A stretch of 64,000 nucleotides of DNA from Solirubrobacterales bacterium. Lineage in GTDB: Bacteria > Actinomycetota > Thermoleophilia > Solirubrobacterales > JACPNS01. Numbering within the stretch: the first letter of the stretch is position 1; the number at the start of each line of letters is the position of its first letter. Both the position numbers and the translations under genes were made by a program. Below, in pieces: positions 43,967 to 53,568 of the stretch. The DNA lies in the NCBI GenBank assembly GCA_016185345.1, contig JACPNS010000011.1:124-64123 (forward strand), written 5' to 3'. Below the pieces are notes generated by a model. It was not told the origin of the DNA, made no database searches, and saw nothing but the letters and a program-made list of their open reading frames with translations.

Positions 43967-45163
43967 TCAGCCCGTTACTACTCCGCCGCAAAAGGCTTCG
44001 TAGTCGGGGAAGACGCCAAGTTCTTCGTCGCTGATCTCGTCCGGCTCGCGAGAGCAGATCGGGCATTCCGGATCGCGGCGGATCTTGAGGTTGGTGAACT
44101 CCTCCGCGAGTGCGTCGTAGAGCATAAGGCGGCCGACCAGTGGCTCGCCGATTCCGAGGATCAGCTTGAGGACTTCAGTTGCCTGGAGCAGACCCATGGT
44201 GCCCGGAAGGACCCCGAGGACGCCGTTCTCGCCGCAGCTGGGCGCGAGCTCTGCTGGCGGCGGAACCGGGTAGAGGCAGCGGTAGCAAGGGCCCTCGTAG
44301 GGCTTGAACACTGTGAGTTGGCCGTCGAAGGCCAGGATCGAAGCGCTGACGACCGGGATGCGCAGGCGCACAGTGGCGTCATTGAGCAGATACCTGGTCG
44401 GGAAGTTGTCAACGCCGTCGACGATGATGTCGTAGCCCTCGATGATGTCCAGGATGTTGTCGGCGTTGATGCGCGTGTTGTAGGTCACGACGTTCACATC
44501 GGGGTTGAGCTTCTCGATCGTCTTCTTTGCAGATTCGACCTTCGGCTCGCCGATCGTTTCGGTCGAGTGGATGACCTGGCGCTGGAGGTTTGATGCGTCG
44601 ACGACGTCGTCGTCGACAATGCCGAGTTGGCCCACGCCGGCCGCAGCCAGATAGAGCGCGACCGGGGCGCCCAGTCCACCTGCGCCAAGCAGCAGGACCT
44701 TGCTCTGGAGAAGGTTCTGCTGACCCTCGGGGCCGACTTCCGGCAGCAGCATGTGGCGCGAGTAGCGGATGCGCTGCGCATCGGAGTACTGGAAGGGGAT
44801 CTCGATCGGGAAATTGCGCTGTTTCCACAGCGTGATTCCGCCGTTCATCGACTCGACGTTCGTGTAGCCGAGTTCTTCGATCAAAGTCTTCGCAGCGATC
44901 GCGCTGCGGTTGCCGGACTGGCAGTAGAGGATCACTCGCTGGCTGAGATCCGGGGCGGCGCGACCGATGCGCTGCTCGAGGTATCCACGCGGAACGTGCT
45001 TGGCGCCAGCGATGTGGGATTCGTCCCACTCCTGCTGCTCGCGCACGTCTACGACGACGGCCGAAGGCTCGTCGCTCGCAAGGATGTCGTGGACCTCCGT
45101 CGGGTCAACCTCGGGGATCTGTTCCTTGATCTTGCTGAGAAAGTCTTGGTAATTGTTAGCCAT
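43967..45163 (-). CDS. moeZ: Adenylyltransferase/sulfurtransferase (MoeZ/MoeB-ThiF) with an N-terminal rhodanese domain
   Basis: Rhodanese active-site loop ILYCQSGNRS at the N-terminus, then RYSRHMLLPEVG...LLLGAGGLGAPVALYLAAAGVG, the NLQRQ motif, and CYRC...SCGENGVLG zinc/active-site cysteines. Confidence 0.88.
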   Translation of the reverse strand: MANNYQDFLSKIKEQIPEVDPTEVHDILASDEPSAVVVDVREQQEWDESHIAGAKHVPRGYLEQRIGRAAPDLSQRVILYCQSGNRSAIAAKTLIEELGYTNVESMNGGITLWKQRNFPIEIPFQYSDAQRIRYSRHMLLPEVGPEGQQNLLQSKVLLLGAGGLGAPVALYLAAAGVGQLGIVDDDVVDASNLQRQVIHSTETIGEPKVESAKKTIEKLNPDVNVVTYNTRINADNILDIIEGYDIIVDGVDNFPTRYLLNDATVRLRIPVVSASILAFDGQLTVFKPYEGPCYRCLYPVPPPAELAPSCGENGVLGVLPGTMGLLQATEVLKLILGIGEPLVGRLMLYDALAEEFTNLKIRRDPECPICSREPDEISDEELGVFPDYEAFCGGVVTG

Positions 45164-45343
45164 ACTTCAGAAAGTATAGCGACCTTTCTCAGCGCCTCCG
45201 TGCGGCCCAGATCAAAGAAAAAACGCCGACATTTCTGCCGGCGCATTCTCTGACATTGGACAGAGCTCATTGGGGGGGAGTTCTGTGGCGAACGTCTAGA
45301 AGCTTGTGCGGTTCGGCCGAGGCCTTACTGCCATGTCCCCTTC

Positions 45344-46540
45344 GTGTCCACCGGGCGCGATTTGCGAGATGCTCCTCGCGCCTGCAAATTGATTATCGGA
45401 ATCGATTCGAACGGCCGATATAGGGTCCGCACCCCATTTCTGGGGTATGCCGTCCCCGCCCTCTTGACAAGCAGCTCCGTGGAAGCACTCACGAATACCG
45501 AAACAGCCGAAGCCGCGATCCCCGCTACCGAACCCGCTCCGACCGCCGTAGAAGAGCCCAGTGCAAGCGTCGGGAGACGTCGGCCGAACCGCTCGACGCT
45601 GCTCACGCAGGCGATCGCGACGAACGCACTCGCTGTCTTCGGGTTGATCTTTTTCGCCGTGCTCGTCCTGAACGTCAACGCCGGTGGAGGTCAGCGCCGC
45701 ACGGAGTTGATCCTGTTGATGCTCGCAATCGCACTGGTGTTGTCGCTGAACATCGTGATTCTCCGCCGTCAGTTCGCGCCGCTGGAGAAGCTCGTCTCGA
45801 CGATGGAGGAGATCGACCTCAGCCAGCCGGGCTCTCGCGCCGAGATGCCGCGCTCTGCGACCGAGGACATCGCTGAGCTTGTCGACTCCTTCAACGCGAT
45901 GATCGAACGCCTCGAGGATGAGCGCATGGGCAAGGTCCAGGCCACCGTCGAAGCTCAGGAGAGCGAACGTGCGCGCGTCGCCCGAGACCTTCACGACGAG
46001 GCCAACCAGGCGTTGACGGCCGTGATCCTTCGCCTCCAGGCGGCCGAAGATGACGCGCCACCCGAGCTCGCCGAACAGATAAGGGACGCCAAGCAGCTCG
46101 CGAGCCAGGCGATGGAAGAATTGCTCCAGGTCGTCCGCCGCCTTCGCCCGACGACGCTTGACCTTGGACTACGCAACGCCGTCTCTTCGCAGGTCGAGGA
46201 GTTCGGCAACCGCACCGGAATCGAAGCTGAGTTCGCTTTCGACGGCGACCCGCGAAAGCGACTGACCGATGACCGTGAGCTGGCCGTTTATCGGGTTGTG
46301 CAGGAAGCGCTGTCGAATGTCGTCCAACATGCCGATGCAACGCGTGTGGGGGTGGCTCTGACCATCGCCGACACAATCGTCCTCACTGTGCAGGACAATG
46401 GGAAGGGCTTCAACCCCTCTCTACCGACCGGCCGCTTCGGCGTGACGGGAATGCGCGAAAGGGCGATGTTGGTCGACGGACTGCTCGAGATCGAATCGAG
46501 TCCGGGAGCCGGCACCACACTTCGAATGGAGATGCCATGA
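45344..46540 (+). CDS. Sensor histidine kinase (HisKA_3 / NarX-DesK type); start uncertain
   Basis: Two transmembrane segments, a HAMP-like linker, the H-box ERARVARDLHDEANQAL, and an ATPase domain with ...GVTGMRERAMLVDG...SPGAGTTL. Confidence 0.85.
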   Translation: MSTGRDLRDAPRACKLIIGIDSNGRYRVRTPFLGYAVPALLTSSSVEALTNTETAEAAIPATEPAPTAVEEPSASVGRRRPNRSTLLTQAIATNALAVFGLIFFAVLVLNVNAGGGQRRTELILLMLAIALVLSLNIVILRRQFAPLEKLVSTMEEIDLSQPGSRAEMPRSATEDIAELVDSFNAMIERLEDERMGKVQATVEAQESERARVARDLHDEANQALTAVILRLQAAEDDAPPELAEQIRDAKQLASQAMEELLQVVRRLRPTTLDLGLRNAVSSQVEEFGNRTGIEAEFAFDGDPRKRLTDDRELAVYRVVQEALSNVVQHADATRVGVALTIADTIVLTVQDNGKGFNPSLPTGRFGVTGMRERAMLVDGLLEIESSPGAGTTLRMEMP

Positions 46541-47169
46541 AAGTTTTGATCGCCGACGACCACGGAATTGTCCGCTCAGGAATCACGCTTCTGCTTGAAC
46601 GCCAGGCAGACATCGACGTGATCGGCGAGGCCAGCGATGGTCAGGAGGCGCTCAAACTGATCGTCGATCGACGTCCAGACGTGGCGATCCTCGACAACTC
46701 GATGCCGAAGCTGACCGGCCTTCAGGTCTGTCGCGAGGTCAAGCAACAGGCTCCGGAAGTGAATGTCTTGATCCTGTCGATGCACGACGATGAGCGCTAC
46801 CTCTACGAGGCGCTGCGGGTCGGCGCCGGCGGGTATGTCCTGAAGCGCGCCGCCGATCAGGACCTCGTCCGTGCGGTCCGTGCCGTGAACGACGGAGAGC
46901 CCTTTCTGACCGACGACGCCCAGCGCTCGCTGGTCAAGGCCTGGATGGAAAGTGGCGAGGAGCCGCCCCGCGACAAGCTCACCGACCGCGAGTTGGAAGT
47001 CGTGAAGCTGATCGCCGAGGCCCACACGAACAAGCAGATCGCTGGGATCCTGGGACTTTCAGAGAAGACCGTGGAATCACACCGCTCGAACATCTTGAAC
47101 AAGCTGGGCATGAGCGACCGTGTTGAGTTGGTTCGGTATGCCGTTCGTCGTGGGTTGATCGAAGCCTGA
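46537..47169 (+). CDS. NarL/LuxR-family response regulator
   Basis: MKVLIADDHGIVRSG...PDVAILDNSMP (acceptor Asp present) and a C-terminal HTH LTDRELEVVKLIAEAHTNKQIAGILGLSEKTVESHRSNI. 4-nt overlap with the kinase gene. Confidence 0.92.
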   Translation: MKVLIADDHGIVRSGITLLLERQADIDVIGEASDGQEALKLIVDRRPDVAILDNSMPKLTGLQVCREVKQQAPEVNVLILSMHDDERYLYEALRVGAGGYVLKRAADQDLVRAVRAVNDGEPFLTDDAQRSLVKAWMESGEEPPRDKLTDRELEVVKLIAEAHTNKQIAGILGLSEKTVESHRSNILNKLGMSDRVELVRYAVRRGLIEA

Positions 47170-47223
47170 GCTGGTGACTGACGTCTTGGGCTCGTTGCTG
47201 CGGGCTTTTGGCGGTGGAACTGG

Positions 47224-47238
47224 GGCCGCTTCGCGGCC
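47224..47238 (+). terminator. GC hairpin GGCCGC-TTC-GCGGCC downstream of the response regulator (no U-tract)
   Basis: Read from the sequence, about 55 nt after the stop at 47169. The lack of a T-run makes the intrinsic-terminator assignment weak. Confidence 0.3.
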
Positions 47239-47310
47239 GGCATTGAGGAAAAGTGTGCGGCGGCTTGGCGAACTCGTGCGTCCGCATACCCAAGGGGTAG
47301 ATCTTCCAAG

Positions 47311-47331
47311 GTCGATCCCCGCGGGGTCGAC
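47311..47331. promoter_or_regulatory. Near-perfect 21-nt palindrome GTCGA-T-CCCCGCGGGG-TCGAC
   Basis: Read from the sequence, inside the 352-nt intergenic region upstream of the Rrf2/suf genes. Confidence 0.4.
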
Positions 47332-47521
47332 TGTGGATTAATTCCCGGATACCTAAGCCAACAGCCATTTCAGCGTTTGGCCATCCGCCGTCCTTTTCAT
47401 CGCCGCCCGCCGCGAAGCGGCGCCTGTTCCACCAGCATGGGCACCGGACGCCGAGCCCGAGACGCCAGTCAACAGCCTGCCCAGCCGGTAAGTCATACCG
47501 TGGCGCTAGGATTTAGCCACG

Positions 47522-48019
47522 ATGATGTTTTCTACCCGTGCCGAGTACGGCGTCCGCGTAATGGTCACGCTCGCAAATGAACAGGTCAAGGCTGGCGCCC
47601 ACGCCACTCCTTCGTCGCTGGCGCAGATCGCCGACGACAACGGTCTCCCCTTTGCCTACCTCGAGCACCTCGCAGCCCGCCTGAAGAAGGCTGGTCTGGT
47701 CGAGAGTCGTCGCGGACCGCGTGGCGGCTACCTGTTGGCCCAGAATGCAGAAGACATCACGATGGCGCAGATCGTCGAAGCGCTCGAAGGTCAGATCGCA
47801 CCGATTGAGTGCATCAGTCAGGCCGGCGAGGGCGTCTCTTGCTCGCGCGAGGACGAAGTCAACGAGATCTGTCCGACCAAGATTCTTTGGACCCGAGTGC
47901 AGGGCGCAATCGTCCGCTCACTCACAGAAATGACCCTGGCGGACCTCACGGCCGCCAACCTCCGCGCCAACGATCGCCTCACTGAGGCGTTCGGCTCGGA
48001 ACCGGTCGCAGTCGCATAA
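47522..48019 (+). CDS. Rrf2-family transcriptional regulator
   Basis: MFSTRAEYGVRVMVTLA...SLAQIADDNGLPFAYLEHLAARLKKAGLVESRRGPRGGY is the Rrf2 wHTH. Three Cys residues lie in ECISQAGEGVSCSREDEVNEIC. It sits directly upstream of sufC. Confidence 0.88.
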   Translation: MMFSTRAEYGVRVMVTLANEQVKAGAHATPSSLAQIADDNGLPFAYLEHLAARLKKAGLVESRRGPRGGYLLAQNAEDITMAQIVEALEGQIAPIECISQAGEGVSCSREDEVNEICPTKILWTRVQGAIVRSLTEMTLADLTAANLRANDRLTEAFGSEPVAVA

Positions 48020-48080
48020 CGCGACCGGCCCAGTTCTTACTTACCCCCGTCAAAGCAGTAATCCCAGGAGTTTCAAGCAA

Positions 48081-48825
<745 letters not shown>

Positions 48826-48836
<11 letters not shown>

Positions 48837-50115
48837 CACTCTCGAAGCAGATCGCCAAGCTTCACTCCAGGCCTATGAATCGGCCGAGGTGCCCGAGTGG
48901 CGCCGCAGCGGTTTCTGGACCACCAGCCTCAAAGAGCTCGATCTCGATGCGCTTCAGACCCGTCACTACGAGCCTGTTTCGAGCCGCGAACAGCTGCCGC
49001 AGATCGTCCAGGACGTCATCGCCGGCGAGGAATACGCCGGGCTGATCATCCAGCACGGCGCTTCGGTGATCTACTCCGAAGTGGCCGAGGACAACGCCGA
49101 AGGCGTGATCGCTTCCTCGCTTGAGGACGCGTGGGTCGATCACGAGGAGCTCGTGGGCAAGTTCTACGGCACGAAGGTGGGCGACCAGGACGGCAAGTTC
49201 GCCGCTGGCAACGCCGCCCTCTGGTCCGGCGGCGCGTTCTTCTACATCCCGAAGAACACCCAGGTCGACAAGCCCTTCCAGGTCATCAACGTGATCGACG
49301 AGCCCGGCACCGTTCAGTACGGCCGCCTGCTCGCAATCGTTGACGTGAGCGGCAACGCACGCATCCGCGAGTACAACCTCGCCCCCGACTTCGAGGGCCA
49401 GGCGCTCCACGCCGGCGTCTCTGAAGTCTTCGCGCAGGACAACGCCTGGGCCAAGGTCAAGACCTTCCAGGACTGGGGCGCAGGCCACGTCTTCGACGTC
49501 AGCACCAAGCGCGTCAACATCGCCCGCGACGCCCACGCCCGCTGGTTCCCTATCCACCTCGGTGGCCACCTGACCAAGCAGACGCTCGACATCATCACCG
49601 CCGAGCCCGGTTCGGACATGCGCCACAACGGCGTCTACTTCACGCAGGGCGACGAGCACCTCGACCTCTTCACGACCGACCGGCACGAGAGCCGCGACAC
49701 GACCGGTGACACGGTCTGGAAGGGCGCCTCAACGGGCAGCTCACGCGCGAGCTACGAGGGCCTGATCGAGATCATCGAGAAGGCGACCAACAGCCACACC
49801 TACCTGCAGACGCACTCGCTGATGCTGAGCAAGGACGCCAAGGTTGACGCGATCCCATCGCTGATCGTCAAGGTTGACGACGTCTCGGCTTCGCACGGCG
49901 GAACGGTTGGCGAGGTCGATGAGAACCTCGTCTTCTACATGCGCACACGTGGCATTGGCCGCGAGGACGCGATTCGCATCCTTGTCGAGGGCTTCTTCGA
50001 GCCGGTCGTGAACCTCTTCGAGGACGAGCATCTTGAGGCGCTCGTTCGCGAGCGCATCGCCGGCAAGCTCGCCGAAGCGCGCGAAGACATCATCGCCTAC
50101 GCCGCAAGCAAGTAG
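48826..50115 (+). CDS. sufD: Fe-S cluster assembly protein SufD
   Basis: ATG 48826 gives MPTSTLEADRQ... The sequence is SufB/SufD-family beta-helix (...SSRASYEGLIEI...VSASHGGTVGEVDENLVFYMRTRGI). The upstream part of the ORF-track version overlaps sufC. Confidence 0.88.
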
Positions 50116-51354
50116 ATGAGCGCGGTGGCCACGGGCACCGCCGCTCGCACCCGCGAGCAGTTCCCTGTCCTGGCGCAGATGATCGGCGACAAGCCGCTCG
50201 TCTACCTCGACAGCGCCGCGACCGGCCAGAAGCCCCTGCGCGTGATCGAAGCGATCGATCACTACTACCGCGAGGACAACGCCCCAATCCACCGCAGCAC
50301 TTACGCGTTGGCCGAGCGTTCGACCAATGCATTCGAAGGCGCACGCGAACGCGTGGCCGCCTATATGAACGCCACGGTCGAGACGACGATCTTCACGCGA
50401 AACGCAACCGAGGCGATCAATCTCGTCTCAAATGCCTGGGGCCGCAAGAACGTCGGTCCTGGCGACAAGATCCTGCTGACGCTTTTTGAGCACCACAGCA
50501 ACATCGTGCCCTGGCAGATCCTTTGCCAGGAGACCGGCGCAGAGCTCGACTACGTCGAGATCACCGAGGAAGGTCTGCTCGACGAGGCAGACCTCGACGC
50601 AAAGCTCGCCTCCGGCAACGTGAAGCTGCTCGCAGTCGCGCATGTTTCGAACGTGCTTGGAACGATCACCGACCCCGTGATGCTCGCCGAGAAGGCTCAC
50701 GCCGCGGGCGCGAAGCTCTTGATCGACGGCTCGCAGGCAGTGCCGCAGCTGCCGGTTGACTTCGCAGCAACCGGCGCGGACTTCTATGTGTGGACCGGCC
50801 ACAAGGCCTACGGCCCGACGGGCATCGGCGTCCTGCATGGCGACCGCGAGACGCTCGAAGAGATGGGTCCGTGGCTCGGCGGTGGCGACATGATCAAGGT
50901 CGTCAGCTTCGACTCATCGACCTGGAACGACCTGCCCTGGAAGTTCGAGGCCGGCACCAGCGCGATGGCCGAGGCCGTTGGCCTTGGCGCCGCGATCGAC
51001 TTCATCGAGGACATCGGGATCGAGAACATTCGCGCGCATGAGCTGGCGCTCACCGAGTACGCGCTGCCGCGGATCTCCGAGATCCCGGGCATCAAAGTGG
51101 TCGGCCCGCCCGCGGCCAAGCGCGGTGGCGTGATCAGCTTCACGCTCGACGGCATGCACCCGCACGACATCGGCGAGCTGCTCGGTCGCGAGGGCGTTTG
51201 CGTTCGCACTGGCCACCACTGCGCCCAGCCGCTGATGCGCAAGCTTGGCGTTCCGGCAACTGCGCGCGCGTCGTTTGCCTGCTTCAACACCACCGAAGAC
51301 ATCGACGCGCTGGTCGCGGCGCTGGTCAAGGCAAAGGACGTGTTCGGCATATGA
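50116..51354 (+). CDS. sufS: Cysteine desulfurase SufS
   Basis: Class V aminotransferase with TGHKAYGPTGIG (PLP Lys) and RTGHHCAQP (catalytic Cys loop). Confidence 0.93.
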   Translation: MSAVATGTAARTREQFPVLAQMIGDKPLVYLDSAATGQKPLRVIEAIDHYYREDNAPIHRSTYALAERSTNAFEGARERVAAYMNATVETTIFTRNATEAINLVSNAWGRKNVGPGDKILLTLFEHHSNIVPWQILCQETGAELDYVEITEEGLLDEADLDAKLASGNVKLLAVAHVSNVLGTITDPVMLAEKAHAAGAKLLIDGSQAVPQLPVDFAATGADFYVWTGHKAYGPTGIGVLHGDRETLEEMGPWLGGGDMIKVVSFDSSTWNDLPWKFEAGTSAMAEAVGLGAAIDFIEDIGIENIRAHELALTEYALPRISEIPGIKVVGPPAAKRGGVISFTLDGMHPHDIGELLGREGVCVRTGHHCAQPLMRKLGVPATARASFACFNTTEDIDALVAALVKAKDVFGI

Positions 51355-51740
51355 GTGACGAGCTCTACCGCGACTACATCCTCGAGCACTACAAGTCGCC
51401 CCACCACTTCGGCACGCTTGAGAAACACGACCTTCAGGCGCACGACGTCAATCCGCTCTGCGGCGACGAGCTGCAGGTCCAGTTGGCGGTGGACGAGAAC
51501 GGCGTGATCACCGACATCGCATTTGAAGGAACCGGCTGCGCCATCAGCCAGGCGAGCGCTTCGATCGCGTCGGACGAATACATCGGGATGAATGTCAGTG
51601 AGGTCACCAAGCTGAACCACGAGTGGATTCAGGATCTGCTGGGGATTGAGATCTCCCCAACGCGCAAGAAATGCGCGCAGCTGAACCTGAAAGTCATGCG
51701 CGGCGCCGTCACAGGCGACGCAACTTGGCCAGACGAATAG
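51351..51740 (+). CDS. sufU: SufU/IscU-like sulfur-acceptor scaffold
   Basis: ATGA overlap with sufS. MSDELYRDYILEHYKSPHHFG...NPLCGDEL...GTGCAISQASAS. Confidence 0.9.
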   Translation: MSDELYRDYILEHYKSPHHFGTLEKHDLQAHDVNPLCGDELQVQLAVDENGVITDIAFEGTGCAISQASASIASDEYIGMNVSEVTKLNHEWIQDLLGIEISPTRKKCAQLNLKVMRGAVTGDATWPDE

Positions 51741-51810
51741 GTTTATTTCTGGGGCGCGGCCCCTGCAGCAGGTAAGCTGCGACTGGGCCGGTACCAAACG
51801 GTTCCCAAAT

Positions 51811-53520
51811 ATGTCAGCAGCAGAACTGAAATCAGATGTGATCGTCGTCGGGGCGGGTCTTGCGGGACTCACCGCCGCGTGCGAACTCGCCGATGCCGGC
51901 AAGTGCGTGCTGGTCATCGACCAGGAGCCCGAGGCATCACTTGGCGGTCAGGCCTACTGGTCGCTCGGAGGACTGATGTTCGTTGACTCCCCCGAGCAGC
52001 GCCGCGCCCGGGTGAAGGACTCGTTCGACCTTGCCTGGCAGGACTGGATCGGTACCGCCGCCTTCGATCGTCCCGAAGACGAGTGGCCGAAGAAGTGGGC
52101 CGAGGCCTACGTCAACTTTGCCGCCGGGGAGAAGCGTGCATGGCTTTCCGAGATGGGCATGAAGTGGATGCCGAGCCCGGGCTGGCCCGAGCGCGGCGGA
52201 AGCCTCGCCGGCGGTCATGGAAACTCGGTGCCGCGATTCCACATCACCTGGGGCACTGGACCTGGCGTGCTTGAGCCGTTCCTGGAGCGCATCGAAGCTG
52301 CGCGCCTGGCCGGCACCATTGACTTCGCCTTCCGTCACCGGGTTGACGAGTTGGACCTCACCGACGGCGCAGTCACCGGCGTCTCTGGCGCAGTGCTTGA
52401 GCCGAGCTCCGTCGGACGCGGCGAGGACAGCTCGCGCGTAGAGGTCGACACCTTCTCCGCTGAAGCAGAGGCCGTGCTCGTCACCTCGGGTGGCATCGGC
52501 GGCAACTTTGACCTTGTGCGGGAGAACTGGCCAGAGCGCCTGGGACCCGTGCCGGAACACTTGATTCGCGGAGTCCCCGTAAGCACCGACGGCCGCATGC
52601 TTGGCATCTCTGAGCGCGCCGGCGCAAACCTGATCGGCAGCGATCGGATGTGGCACTACACGGAAGGCATCCGCAACTGGTCGCCGATCTGGTCTGACCA
52701 TGCGATTCGCATTCTTCCCGGACCATCACCGCTTTGGTTTGACGCGACAGGCGAGCGCATGCCCCTCCCCTGCCTCCCCGGCTTCGACACGATCGGGACG
52801 ATGACGCAGATTGGGAAGAGCGGATTTGACTACAGCTGGTTCGTCCTGAACGAGCGGATCATCGCGAAGGAGTTTGCTTTGAGCGGCTCCGAGCAGAACC
52901 CCGACGTGACCGGCAAAAACGTCCGGGCCACGATCCACCAGCGCGTGATGCCAAACGTGCCCGACCCAGTGCGCGCCTTCATGGACCACGGCCCAGACTT
53001 CGTAGTGCGGAAGGACCTGCGCTCGCTGGTTGAAGGAATGAACGCGATCGGCCATGGCGGAGCAGAGATTGACTTCTCGCGACTCGAACAACAGATCATC
53101 GAAAGAGATCGTGAAGTTTCGAACCCGTTCAGCAAAGACATGCAGGTCATGGCGATCAACGGCGCGCGCAAGTACTTTGCCGACCGCGTCACGCGCGTGG
53201 CGAAGCCGCACGAGATTCTCGATTCCAAGGCCGGCCCGCTGATCGCCGTGAAGCTCAACCTCCTGACCCGCAAGACGCTCGGCGGAATCCAGACCGACCT
53301 AGAAGGTCGCGCGCTGCGCGCCGACGGCACACCGCTGCCGGGTCTTTACGCCGCTGGCGAGGTCTCGGGCTTCGGTGGCGGCGGAATGCACGGGTACCGC
53401 GCGCTCGAGGGCACGTTCCTTGGCGGGTGCCTGTTCAGTGGTCGTACTGCTGGTCGCGCCGCAGCTGCAGCGCTGGGTACGCGCTCGGCCGCTCCACCGG
53501 CAGCAGCGGTCAGCCCCTAG
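51811..53520 (+). CDS. FAD-binding dehydrogenase (fumarate reductase/KsdD-like flavoprotein family)
   Basis: DVIVVGAGLAGLTAACELADAG is the dinucleotide fold. LYAAGEVSGFGGGGMHGYRALEG is the C-terminal FAD motif. Confidence 0.8.
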   Translation: MSAAELKSDVIVVGAGLAGLTAACELADAGKCVLVIDQEPEASLGGQAYWSLGGLMFVDSPEQRRARVKDSFDLAWQDWIGTAAFDRPEDEWPKKWAEAYVNFAAGEKRAWLSEMGMKWMPSPGWPERGGSLAGGHGNSVPRFHITWGTGPGVLEPFLERIEAARLAGTIDFAFRHRVDELDLTDGAVTGVSGAVLEPSSVGRGEDSSRVEVDTFSAEAEAVLVTSGGIGGNFDLVRENWPERLGPVPEHLIRGVPVSTDGRMLGISERAGANLIGSDRMWHYTEGIRNWSPIWSDHAIRILPGPSPLWFDATGERMPLPCLPGFDTIGTMTQIGKSGFDYSWFVLNERIIAKEFALSGSEQNPDVTGKNVRATIHQRVMPNVPDPVRAFMDHGPDFVVRKDLRSLVEGMNAIGHGGAEIDFSRLEQQIIERDREVSNPFSKDMQVMAINGARKYFADRVTRVAKPHEILDSKAGPLIAVKLNLLTRKTLGGIQTDLEGRALRADGTPLPGLYAAGEVSGFGGGGMHGYRALEGTFLGGCLFSGRTAGRAAAAALGTRSAAPPAAAVSP

Positions 53521-53554
53521 CCCCGTCTGGAGCGGGATCTCTTCCCTAGCGGAT

Positions 53555-53565
53555 CGAGTGTGGAA
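53555..53565 (+). repeat. Left copy of the 11-nt direct repeat CGAGTGTGGAA flanking the transposase-like gene
   Basis: The identical 11-mer recurs at 54315-54325. The neighbouring GCGG(A/G)(T/A)C is also similar. Confidence 0.7.
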
Positions 53566-53568
53566 GGT

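Noticed and set aside
45161-45240. Palindrome ATACTT-CAGA-AAGTAT over the moeZ start codon, and a CGCCG...CGGCG hairpin preceded by an A-run (a possible minus-strand terminator) in the moeZ/kinase intergenic region.
   Set aside because: The arms are short (5-6 bp). No minus-strand gene upstream would need terminating there. The evidence is too weak to call a feature.
51751-51763. Hairpin GGGGC-GCG-GCCCC just after sufU, considered as an intrinsic terminator.
   Set aside because: The stem is only 5 bp. The T-run precedes the hairpin on the plus strand rather than following it, so it does not fit a plus-strand rho-independent terminator.
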